Shown here one piece after another: positions 45,658 through 54,398 of a stretch of 64,000 bases of DNA; the stretch's first letter is position 1; every line of letters starts with the position of its first letter. Position numbers and translations under genes: made by a program. Below the pieces are notes generated by a model, which saw only the letters and a list, made by a program, of their open reading frames with translations, ran no database searches and was not told the DNA's origin. Source of the DNA: Phycisphaerales bacterium (GTDB lineage Bacteria; Planctomycetota; Phycisphaerae; Phycisphaerales; UBA1924); the NCBI GenBank assembly GCA_043776515.1, contig JAYVRG010000050.1, positions 138 through 64,137 on the forward strand, written 5' to 3'.

Positions 45658-46176
45658 CTACTGCCAAAACCCCCACGTCCCGCTCCCGCGCTCATATCCA
45701 CCACCACCACTTCCATACGAGCCGCGATATCCCCCGCGATACCCGCCGTACCTGCTCCCGGTATCAAAGTACAGCAGCTCGCTCGCCCGCGTCTCCAACT
45801 GAACTCGCCGCGCGTAGTACAAGTCCGACCGCTCGCGCTCCGGCCATTCATTCGTCGCCAGCAGCGGCCCATCGCGCCCGACACCAAGTGCCGCGTCGTT
45901 TCTTAAATACTCAGCGGCCGACCTCGCATCCGTCCCCGCCAGCATCTGCGCCGTCCGCGGCGACTGCATCACCAGCGCCCAGCTCCCCCCACTTCCTTCC
46001 CATGATTCCCATGATTCCCATGATTCCCGTGATTCCCTGCTTTCCATCTGCCCGCCGCGCCCATCTCCCGGGCGCGCGGCCCGCTGCATCGGCGCTCCGC
46101 ACCCGCCCAACATCATCGCGCCGCCCAGCACGCCCATCGCGATCGTCCACACCCCGGTCGATCGCATCGCGTGCAT
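45658..46176 (-). CDS. Small lipoprotein with RESWESWE and Gly/Tyr/Arg-rich repeats
   Basis: Lipobox MHAMRSTGVWTIAMGVLGGAMMLGGC begins at the internal ATG 46176. A 9-nt tandem repeat lies in the coding sequence. The tail is GGYRGGYRGSYGSGGGGYERG. Confidence 0.45.
   Translation of the reverse strand: MHAMRSTGVWTIAMGVLGGAMMLGGCGAPMQRAARPGDGRGGQMESRESRESWESWESWEGSGGSWALVMQSPRTAQMLAGTDARSAAEYLRNDAALGVGRDGPLLATNEWPERERSDLYYARRVQLETRASELLYFDTGSRYGGYRGGYRGSYGSGGGGYERGSGTWGFWQ
46001..46036. repeat. 9-nt tandem repeat x4 (CATGATTCC) inside the lipoprotein ORF
   Basis: catgattcc catgattcc catgattcc cgtgattcc encodes ESWESWESRE-type residues on the minus strand. Confidence 0.9.
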
Positions 46177-46558
46177 CGTGCGCACCGCGCCCACGCACCC
46201 GTCTGGTTTTTCAGTTGTTCGTTGCACACCCCAATCATGGCCCATGCCCGTCCACTCGCCACGCGCCCGCCCGATATCGGACCACTCTTCCCGCTCACCC
46301 GCCGTCACAGCCCAACACAATCCCCCCGAACCCCCGACACACGCCGCACATCACCCCGCGCCGCGCGAAGCCGAGATGAATCCCACATGACCAGCGCGCC
46401 CAATGCGGCACCCCGGGTGCCACCACGCCCCGCGTGGTGTTCTTCCAATCCCGACCCAGATGAATCGCCGCGCGGAGCGTGGTGGTACTCAAGCACGAAC
46501 ATCTCCCCCTCTCCCCCTCCTTCCATCCCACATCCAACATCGCCCATCCCACATTCCC

Positions 46559-49525
46559 TTACAACTGATTCGTCCTGAACCGCACCATCACATCCTGCGC
46601 GAAGCTCGGCAGCACCATCGACAGCTTCCCGCTCACCACGCTCAGCCCCCACTGCACATCCAGCATCACGCTGTTTGCGCCCGTGGACCAGAACTCCACG
46701 TTCCACACCAGCGAGCTGCTCAGCCCCGCGATGCTCAGCGCCGCCGTGCCCACTTCGCCAGTCGTGCGGTTCAGGTCCTGCGTCACATACACCATGCCCT
46801 GCGTGCCATCGGTCGAGCCCACCGTCACCAATCGCTTGCTCGTGCCCGTCACCGACAGCCGCCCCGCCAGCGTGTTCGCGTTGTACCTTCCATAGTCAAA
46901 CCCGATCGGTGAATCGCCCGCGAAGCTCACCACCGACTGCTGAATATCCCGCATCCCCTGCGGCAGGGGCAGCGGCAGATATCCCGTCGTGCTCACACCA
47001 ATATTGCTCGGCACCAGGTCGCGCATCTCCTGGCCGCCCAGCCGAAGCCCGCTGCCGCCTAGCCCCAGCGCGATCTGCGTCCAGCTCGTCGTGCGATACA
47101 AGTCCACATCGTTCTGAACCGTCCACGGCTTCGCCGGGTTCGGGTTCGCCGACACACCCGTGTAGTACACCCGCCCCGTGTCCCACTGCCACTTCACCAG
47201 CCCCCACTCGCCGTTGTTGATCACCCGGTTGTCGCGCTTGTTGCTCTGCCAGTATCCCGCCACCGCCGCGTAGTCCGTCACCGGCCGGATCGACTTGTCC
47301 GCGTCCGGACTGTTCACCGGCTCCGCCGTCGTCGTCGTGTACCAGTGCGGCGTGAGCATGTCGATGTTGTCACCCAGGAACAGCGCCCGCGCCACCGCGC
47401 CGTGCGGCACAATCCCGTTCGTGCTGCTGATAATGTTCATGCTCGGGTCGTACTGCTTCACGGCCGCCGCGATTCGCAGCATCGTCTTGCTCCGGTCCCG
47501 CATCTCCTGCATGCGGCTCGGGTCCCCGTCGCCGCGCGGGTTCAGAGTCCACTGCCAGTTGTCCCACTCATTGGGCAACTGAATGCCGATCACGCTCGTC
47601 GCCGCCGGGCTCTCATGCACCCAATCAATGATCGTCTTCATCCGGTCGATCGTCATGTCCTTCACAACCGGGTTCTGGAAGAAGTCATCAATCGTCGTCA
47701 GCGGCCCGCCATTGGCCGTCGAATACGGCGTCAGGTTGAACAGCCCCTTGTAGTTGAACGTGTCGAACGGCTTGAGGATCAACCGGATCCCCGTCCGCGC
47801 CGCCTCCGCCATCACGCTCTGCAAATAGTCCTTCATCGCCGGGTTGTAGTGCCCCTTCGGGTACTCGATCCAGTAGTTGCCATCCGGCAGCGAGCCCTGC
47901 CCCGCCGTCGGCAGCGCCAGCCACTCCAACGTCACCCGAAGCGTGTTCACGCCGCTCGCCGCCAGCGAATCAAAGAACCCCGCCGCCGGTCCCTCGCTGC
48001 CCGGGTTCACAGTGAAGTTGGTCATGCGCCCCGCGCCCGCGTTCCAGACGTTTCCGTTGTACAGATTCCGCACGTAGTAGTTGCTCGGAATGATCGCCGA
48101 CCCGACCATCACGAACGGATCGCCCGCCTCCGTCACCAGCGAGCCGCCGTTCGGGCTGGGCAGCAACCACTGCCCGTTGGACGTGTCCTGCACATCCGTC
48201 TGTGTTGCGAAGATCACCTGCCGGATGTCGCTCAGCCGCCCCGCACCGTCCGCCGCGCGCACCGCTATGTAGTACGTCTGCCCCGGCTCCAGATTGTTGA
48301 TCCGCAAGGACTCCGCTTGCCCACGCGGGTGCGGCACATACGTGTTGCTCACGATCGTCGCGCTGTCCCACTCCAGCTCATTGGTGATCGGCATGTGCGA
48401 CCAGCGGATGTCATACGCCGCCGTCCCGCCGCGCTTCGCCGGCCCCAGCACCATCACCGCGCTGCTCGCCGCCGGAGACAGAAAGTTCAGCCGCGCCCCA
48501 TACCCGTCCACGTTCGCCGCGCTCAGGTTGATCACCGGGTTCGGCTTGTCATTGGTCCGCGCATCGCTGAACACCAGCCACGCGTAGTTGATCGGCCCCT
48601 CCATCCCCGGAATCGCCACGTTGAAGCTGCTCTCGGTCCCGTTGATCTGGTCATCGAGCGTCCGTGGCCCAAACCGCGTCGTCGCGCTGCTATCCGCGTC
48701 GTGCGTCGAAGCGTCGCGTGCCCCGCCCGTGTCGTCCAGCAACACCGAGAACGTCATCGTGATCGCCTGCCCGTTGATCGGCGCGCGATCCATCCCGATC
48801 GTCTCCCACGGCAGGAACACCTCGGTCGTCCAGCCCTGGTCAAGGTCCGAGTTGTTATTCAGCGTGCCGTGCAGCACCGTCTTCCACGTCATCCCCGGCG
48901 TCAGCGCGCCGTACGGGTTCATCTGCACACCGTCGTAGTCCCCATCGCGTCCCGTCGGGTTGTTGCCCCGGATGTAGTTGTACCGCGTCACCGCGCCCGA
49001 GCCGGTCTCCGGCCCGTTCACCGGCGCGATGTTGAAGCCCAGCGCACGCCCCGCCGGTGTCAGCAGCCGCTTCCTCGTGTTGGACGGATCAAAGAACAGC
49101 GCGATCGAGTCGTCGTTGAACCAGTCGTACCGCGTCCCGCTTCCCCCGCCGCCGCCATCCGCCCACAGATACTGGTCCGATACCTCAAACGCCGCGTACA
49201 GCCCCAGCTCCGTGTACTTCACCCGCGCCGTCACCGCCGAGTCCGTCCGGTTCGCCTGGGCCCGGAAGATCGGCGTCGATCCCGCCCACTCCGCGTCGTT
49301 CACAACGCCATCCACCACCACCGCCCCGTAGTTGGCAAACCACGTCGGATGCGCGATGCTCACCGGATCAGCCACCATCAGTTGCCGCGGCTCCAGCGTC
49401 TCCATCTCCGCAAACAGCGCCCCCGCTCGCCCCGCCCGGGCCGCAACCGTTGCGGCCGCCAATCCCCGATTGCGGGTGGTCTGTGTCATCGAGTTCGTCG
49501 GCTGAAATGAGTTGGCAGTCGGCAT
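46559..49525 (-). CDS. Large secreted multidomain protein, putative glycoside hydrolase (TIM-barrel, GH5-like) with CBM9/DOMON-like and FN3-like domains
   Basis: An N-terminal LEPRQLM motif is present. Other segments are ARVKYTELGLYAAFEVSDQYLWADG, the FN3-like LEPGQTYYIAVRAADGAGRLS, and GVNTLRVTLEWLALP with IGIQLPNEWDNW. Confidence 0.6.
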   Translation of the reverse strand: MPTANSFQPTNSMTQTTRNRGLAAATVAARAGRAGALFAEMETLEPRQLMVADPVSIAHPTWFANYGAVVVDGVVNDAEWAGSTPIFRAQANRTDSAVTARVKYTELGLYAAFEVSDQYLWADGGGGGSGTRYDWFNDDSIALFFDPSNTRKRLLTPAGRALGFNIAPVNGPETGSGAVTRYNYIRGNNPTGRDGDYDGVQMNPYGALTPGMTWKTVLHGTLNNNSDLDQGWTTEVFLPWETIGMDRAPINGQAITMTFSVLLDDTGGARDASTHDADSSATTRFGPRTLDDQINGTESSFNVAIPGMEGPINYAWLVFSDARTNDKPNPVINLSAANVDGYGARLNFLSPAASSAVMVLGPAKRGGTAAYDIRWSHMPITNELEWDSATIVSNTYVPHPRGQAESLRINNLEPGQTYYIAVRAADGAGRLSDIRQVIFATQTDVQDTSNGQWLLPSPNGGSLVTEAGDPFVMVGSAIIPSNYYVRNLYNGNVWNAGAGRMTNFTVNPGSEGPAAGFFDSLAASGVNTLRVTLEWLALPTAGQGSLPDGNYWIEYPKGHYNPAMKDYLQSVMAEAARTGIRLILKPFDTFNYKGLFNLTPYSTANGGPLTTIDDFFQNPVVKDMTIDRMKTIIDWVHESPAATSVIGIQLPNEWDNWQWTLNPRGDGDPSRMQEMRDRSKTMLRIAAAVKQYDPSMNIISSTNGIVPHGAVARALFLGDNIDMLTPHWYTTTTAEPVNSPDADKSIRPVTDYAAVAGYWQSNKRDNRVINNGEWGLVKWQWDTGRVYYTGVSANPNPAKPWTVQNDVDLYRTTSWTQIALGLGGSGLRLGGQEMRDLVPSNIGVSTTGYLPLPLPQGMRDIQQSVVSFAGDSPIGFDYGRYNANTLAGRLSVTGTSKRLVTVGSTDGTQGMVYVTQDLNRTTGEVGTAALSIAGLSSSLVWNVEFWSTGANSVMLDVQWGLSVVSGKLSMVLPSFAQDVMVRFRTNQL

Positions 49526-49943
49526 GTGACCTCGCGGAAATGCCCGGAAACAGGTGGGTCATACGGTCCACCCTAAATCGGGTAATTCTGGTCATCGGCG
49601 AAAGTCATCCCGGACTCAAATCAGCATAATTGGCTTTTTTTTAGGGGTAACCCCCAGACCCGAGTAGAATCCCCGCAGAAAGGTGGTAAAAAAGCATTGA
49701 CAAATCCCACTTCTCCGGCAAACTAGAGCGTCTGTGTCGCCTTTGGCCGCTACGCCCAAAGTCCCATCCTCTTTTGCACGATCCTTTCATCTCGCGGTCG
49801 TGCTTCGCTCGTGTCTTTTTTCCCTCGTGATATTTCGGGACGTTGTCTCGTTACAGAAATGGTGAGATGCGTCGCGTCGGCACTTCGCCGACACGACGCT
49901 CGTCATTCGGGTTCCTTCCATAACTGGAAGAAAGGTGGTTCGT

Positions 49944-52900
49944 ATGTCTTTGAGGAATTGTATGAGGTCCGGGCTGGCCGCAATGGCCGCTCTGTCCGCG
50001 CTCTGTTGTTCCACAGCCAACGGCCAAGTGGTGGTCAGTCAGATCTACGGCGGCGCTAGCGCTGCTGGCTCCACCTACACCCGCGACTTCGTCGAGTTGT
50101 TCAACCGTGGCACCACCACTGTGAACCTCTCCACGTACTCACTCCAGTACGCCGCGACCACCGGCACCACTTGGACCAAGGTCAATCTCACCGGCTCCAT
50201 CGCGCCCGGTAGCTATTACCTCTTCCTCGGAGCCACCGGCACCAGCGGCGTCGCCCCGCCAGTCGCCGACCTCTCCGGCACGCTTGACCTTGCGTCCACC
50301 ACCGGCAAGGTTGCACTCGTTGCCAACCAGACCGTGCTCACCGCTGGCCAGGCAGCATTCGCCCCCGGCACCAACGGCGTCGTTGACTTCGTCGGCTACG
50401 GCGCGACCACCAACGGCTTTGAGGGTGGCGCCGCCACCGGCGTGAACCTCTCCACCATCCTCTCGGTCAAGCGCCTCAACGGCGGCTGCACCGATGACAA
50501 CAACAACTTCACCGACTTCGCCGCGCCCGCCACCCCCCTGGCTCGCAACAGCGCGTCCCCCGCGAATGTCTGCGCCACGCTGACCGGCGCCTGCTGCCTC
50601 GCCTCCGGCGAGTGCCGCACGCTCTCCGCGACCGCGTGCGCAACTGCGGGCGGCACCTATGGCGGCAACTTCACGCTCTGCACCGCCGGCACCTACACCA
50701 TGACCTCCAATGCCGTCGCCTTCGACGACCTCACAACGCAGACCGTCGGCCGCATCAACCTGACCACCGCCCAGGCCGACGATGCCTCGCAGGCCGTGCA
50801 GCTCACTCCCTTCCCCTTCTTCTACTTCGGCTCCCCGATCGTCCGCTACTCCGTGAACTCCAACGGCTGGGCCGCCTTCTACGCCCAGGCATCCGCCACC
50901 AACTACGGCACCGGCGAGACCATCCCAGCCATCGCCGTCCCCAACATGATTACATCCGTCTACCGGCGCGACCTCAACGGCACCGGCAAGAACTGCTGGC
51001 AGCTCGTCAAGGGCACCGCGCCCAATCGCCAACTCGTGATCCAGTGGGACCAGTACGTTCCCTTCGGTTTCCTCACGACCAACACCTTCGAGCTCATCCT
51101 CAACGAGTCCACCAACGTCATCGAGTATCGCTACGCCACGCTCAACGCTGGCGTCCCCAACGTCTGCGGCCTTGAGGAAGTCTCCGGCACCGTCGGCGTG
51201 CTGGTCCCCAACGCCTCGGTCATCTCCAACGCCTCGTTCCAGTTCACACCCATCGGCGAGTGCCCGGTGATCGGTGCCTGCTGCAACGCTGGCGCGTGTA
51301 CCTCTGGTGATGCTGTTGGCTGCCTGGCCTCCGGCGGCATCTTCAGCGGCCCTGGTTCTTCCTGCAATCCCAACCCCTGCGCGACCGGCGCCTGCTGCCT
51401 CCCGAACGGAACCTGCGCAGCGCAAACCGCTGGCCAGTGCGCTGGCAACAGCGGCGTCTACCAGGGCGACAACGCCATCTGCGGCGCGATCGCATGCCCC
51501 GCTTCCGGCTCTTGCTGCGTCGCCACGGCGTGCACGGTCGGCTTCCAAGCCAACTGCACCGGTGTCTTCACTGCCGCGGGCGTCTGCTCCCCCAATCCCT
51601 GCGCCACACCCTGCTGTGACGCGAGCACCGCCGCCTGCACCCTTGTCGCCACTACCGGCGGCACCTGCAACGGCACGCTCGGTACCGCGGGCGCCACCTG
51701 CGCCGCTACCGTCTGCCCCTCTGGCGCTTGCTGCAACACCACCACCTTCGTGTGCTCCGTGACCGGCCCCAGCGGTTGCGCCTTCACCTACGCTGGAACC
51801 GGCACCACCTGCACCACCAACCCCTGCCCCGCTCCGGCCAACGATCTCTGTGCGAACGCGGCCGTCCTTTCCGGTTCTGGCCCCTTCCCGCTGCAGACGC
51901 TTGGCCAGAACAACAGCTCCACGGACACCACGGCCTTTGCACCCGCCGTCTGCGCTTCCTCCAGCCGTGACGTTTGGTACTCCTTCACCCCCACCAGTGG
52001 CGCTTTGTCTTACACCTTCACCACCTGCAACTCCGTGACCCAGACCGGCAACGGCACCGGCGGCGCGTTCGACACAGTGCTCTCCATCCACAGCGCCTGC
52101 CCCATCACCGGCGCCAACAATCTCCAGACCGGCCTCTCCAGCAACTGCAACGACGACAGCTGCACCGGCGGCATTGGTGCCTCCACCATCGCCGGTCTGA
52201 CACTCACCGCCGGACAGACTTATCTCATCCGCGTGGCACGCTTCAGCACCGGCACAGGCGGCACCTTCCGCCTGGACATCATCACCGAGCCCTACGGTGC
52301 CTGCTGCTCTTCCACCAGCACCTGCATTCTTTCCGCTCAATCCGCCTGCACCGGCACCAATGTCTTCGTCGGCGGCGGCACCCTCTGCAACACCGCCGGC
52401 ATCTGCAACGGTGCCTGCTGCGTCGCCGCCACCGGCGTCTGCACCTTTACCACCGCCGCTTCCTGCACCGGCGTACACGGCGGCGTCGGCAGCGCCTGCA
52501 CCACTACCTTCTGCCCCACAACTACTTGCTGCAATGACGCCACCGGCGCCTGCACCACCACCGGCACCGCGGCCTGCCCCGCCGGCACAACCAACAACGG
52601 CACCGGCACCTGCACCGCGTCTCCCTGCCGCACCACTACCTGCTGCAACACAACTACCGGCGCTTGCACCGTGACCGGCACCGCGGCCTGCCCCGCTGGC
52701 ACGACCGCGAACGCCGCTACGACCTGCTCTCCCCAGCCCTGCCCGCAGCCCACGGCCTGCTGCACGGCTGGCGGCTGCTGCACGCTCGCTTTCGCCGCCA
52801 GCTGCATCGGCACTTCCGGCACCGCTCTGTCCTGCACTCCCAACCCCTGCAGCAACCCGCCCCCGGCCAACGATGCCTGCGCCGGAGCCACCTCCATCGC

Positions 52901-53792
52901 CATCAACTCCGGTATTGTCGCCGAAAGCTGCCTCGCCACCGCTGAAGTTGGCGATGTCGCTGGCACCTGCACCGCTGGCACCTTCGCCAGCATGTGGTGG
53001 TCCTTCACCGCTCCCTACACCGGCACCTTCACCGCCAGCACCTGCGGCAGCTCCTATGACACCGTTCTCGTCGCCTTCTCCGGCACGTGTGCCGCACTCA
53101 CCCAGGTCGGCTGTAACGATGACACCTGCGGATTGCAGTCCACCATCGCCACCCTCGCCTTCACTGCGGGTCAGACCTATTTCATCCGCGTCGGCTCCTT
53201 CGGCACGACCACCGGAACGATCAACCTGATCGTCACCGGCAACAACCCCGCCGGCTCATGCTGCGCAAGCAGCGGCTCCTGCACGCTGACCGACGCGGCC
53301 GCCTGCACCTCCGGCACCTGGACCGCCGCTGGCACCTGCACCCCCAACACCTGCCCGCAGCCCGGCACCTGCTGCGATAACGCTCAGGTCTGCACCTTCG
53401 GGCTCCCCGCCGCCTGCACCGGGACCTTCTCGGCTGGTGGCTCCTGCACCCCCAACCCCTGCACCCCGCCCGGCGTCTGCTGCCGCGGCTCTACCTGCAC
53501 CACCGCCATCACTACGGCCGCGGCCTGTGCCGCCTCCATCACCAGCGGCACCGCTGGCTCTAACTTCCCGACCGGCACTCTCTGCAACGGCGTGCCCGTC
53601 TCCAACAGCCCCTGCTGCTATGGCGACTACAACAAGGTCAACGGCATCACCGTTGCCGACATCTTCAACTTCCTGAGCGACTGGTTCGCCGGGGAGCCCT
53701 ACGCCAACGTCGGCGGCTCCGGTGCCCCCGCCACCCTGACCGTGCAGAACATCTTCGACTTCCTCGCCAACTGGTTCGCTGGCGGCTGCTGA
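49944..53792 (+). CDS. 1282-aa secreted protein: lamin-tail domain, about 15 Cys-rich 33-38 aa repeats, two PPC-like domains, and a C-terminal GC-type dockerin-like module
   Basis: The ATG at 49944 follows GGAAGAAAGG (the ORF track starts at GTG 49935). The LTD segment is VVVSQIYGG...RDFVELFNRG. Repeats have the form GACC..G.C...C.G...G..C..NPC. The tail is DIFNFLSDWFAG...NIFDFLANWFAGGC. Confidence 0.75.
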   Translation: MSLRNCMRSGLAAMAALSALCCSTANGQVVVSQIYGGASAAGSTYTRDFVELFNRGTTTVNLSTYSLQYAATTGTTWTKVNLTGSIAPGSYYLFLGATGTSGVAPPVADLSGTLDLASTTGKVALVANQTVLTAGQAAFAPGTNGVVDFVGYGATTNGFEGGAATGVNLSTILSVKRLNGGCTDDNNNFTDFAAPATPLARNSASPANVCATLTGACCLASGECRTLSATACATAGGTYGGNFTLCTAGTYTMTSNAVAFDDLTTQTVGRINLTTAQADDASQAVQLTPFPFFYFGSPIVRYSVNSNGWAAFYAQASATNYGTGETIPAIAVPNMITSVYRRDLNGTGKNCWQLVKGTAPNRQLVIQWDQYVPFGFLTTNTFELILNESTNVIEYRYATLNAGVPNVCGLEEVSGTVGVLVPNASVISNASFQFTPIGECPVIGACCNAGACTSGDAVGCLASGGIFSGPGSSCNPNPCATGACCLPNGTCAAQTAGQCAGNSGVYQGDNAICGAIACPASGSCCVATACTVGFQANCTGVFTAAGVCSPNPCATPCCDASTAACTLVATTGGTCNGTLGTAGATCAATVCPSGACCNTTTFVCSVTGPSGCAFTYAGTGTTCTTNPCPAPANDLCANAAVLSGSGPFPLQTLGQNNSSTDTTAFAPAVCASSSRDVWYSFTPTSGALSYTFTTCNSVTQTGNGTGGAFDTVLSIHSACPITGANNLQTGLSSNCNDDSCTGGIGASTIAGLTLTAGQTYLIRVARFSTGTGGTFRLDIITEPYGACCSSTSTCILSAQSACTGTNVFVGGGTLCNTAGICNGACCVAATGVCTFTTAASCTGVHGGVGSACTTTFCPTTTCCNDATGACTTTGTAACPAGTTNNGTGTCTASPCRTTTCCNTTTGACTVTGTAACPAGTTANAATTCSPQPCPQPTACCTAGGCCTLAFAASCIGTSGTALSCTPNPCSNPPPANDACAGATSIAINSGIVAESCLATAEVGDVAGTCTAGTFASMWWSFTAPYTGTFTASTCGSSYDTVLVAFSGTCAALTQVGCNDDTCGLQSTIATLAFTAGQTYFIRVGSFGTTTGTINLIVTGNNPAGSCCASSGSCTLTDAAACTSGTWTAAGTCTPNTCPQPGTCCDNAQVCTFGLPAACTGTFSAGGSCTPNPCTPPGVCCRGSTCTTAITTAAACAASITSGTAGSNFPTGTLCNGVPVSNSPCCYGDYNKVNGITVADIFNFLSDWFAGEPYANVGGSGAPATLTVQNIFDFLANWFAGGC
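52518..52745. repeat. Near-identical 114-nt tandem duplication (38-aa Cys-rich unit x2)
   Basis: The units are TTTCCNDATGACTTTGTAACPAGTTNNGTGTCTASPCR and TTTCCNTTTGACTVTGTAACPAGTTANAATTCSPQPCP. The nucleotide copies start at 52518 and 52632. Confidence 0.85.
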
Positions 53793-53841
53793 TCGCATCC
53801 GTCTGAAACCACGCGGTTCTACATCTCGGGTACACACCCCC

Positions 53842-53870
53842 AAAGCCCCCGCCATCCGGCGGGGGCTTTT
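53842..53870 (+). terminator. Strong intrinsic terminator after the Cys-rich giant gene
   Basis: AAAGCCCCCGCC atcc GGCGGGGGCTTT followed by t; the 12-bp stem starts 50 nt after the stop. Confidence 0.85.
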
Positions 53871-53877
53871 CATATCC

Positions 53878-54145
53878 GTGCCATGGGCTTTCCAGCCCAT
53901 GCGCCTCCGCTCCTGTGTGGCATGGGCGTCCCGCCCATGTGCCTTCGCTCCTGCGTGGCATGGGCTTTCCAGCCCATATGCTTTGGTTTCTTCATGGCCC
54001 GCCGCGGCGGGTTCGGGCGCTTCGCCCGAAACACTTCGCTCACAAGCAGCCCGACTCGAACTATCACCTCGCCACACACACACACCCAGCGCAGGGGTTG
54101 GAAGCCCATGCCACGCAAATCACGGGCGGGACGCCCGTGCCACGG
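53878..54145. mobile_element. Family-2 MITE-like composite element (268 nt) abutting tRNA-Arg
   Basis: Three left-type hairpins are present (GTGCCATGGGCTTTCCAGCCCATG, GGCATGGGCGTCCCGCCCATG, TGGCATGGGCTTTCCAGCCCATATG). The core is tggcccgccgcggcgggttcgggcgcttcgcccgaa. The right-type hairpins are ..GAAGCCCATGCCACG and CGGGCGGGACGCCCGTGCCACGG. Confidence 0.85.
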
Positions 54146-54162
54146 AGGTTGAAAAAAGGAAA

Positions 54163-54236
<74 letters not shown>

Positions 54237-54398
54237 AACGCACGGCAAAAGGATAGGGGCGATTCCTCTTGGATGAAATCGGACGGCCGCGGACTTGTGC
54301 CAGCACCGTCGGCGGGGTACCTTCTCGCGGCGCGTTCTACAAACCGGCCGCGCGTGGCGCGGCCGGTTCCACGGAAAGAGGCGTGCCAGGAGCGGTGC

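Noticed and set aside
49697-49725. A sigma70-type promoter with TTGACA at 49697-49702 upstream of the Cys-rich giant gene.
   Set aside because: The -35 hexamer is perfect, but the hexamer 17 nt downstream is AAACTA, a poor -10. Planctomycete promoter consensus is also not well established, so it is too weak to call.
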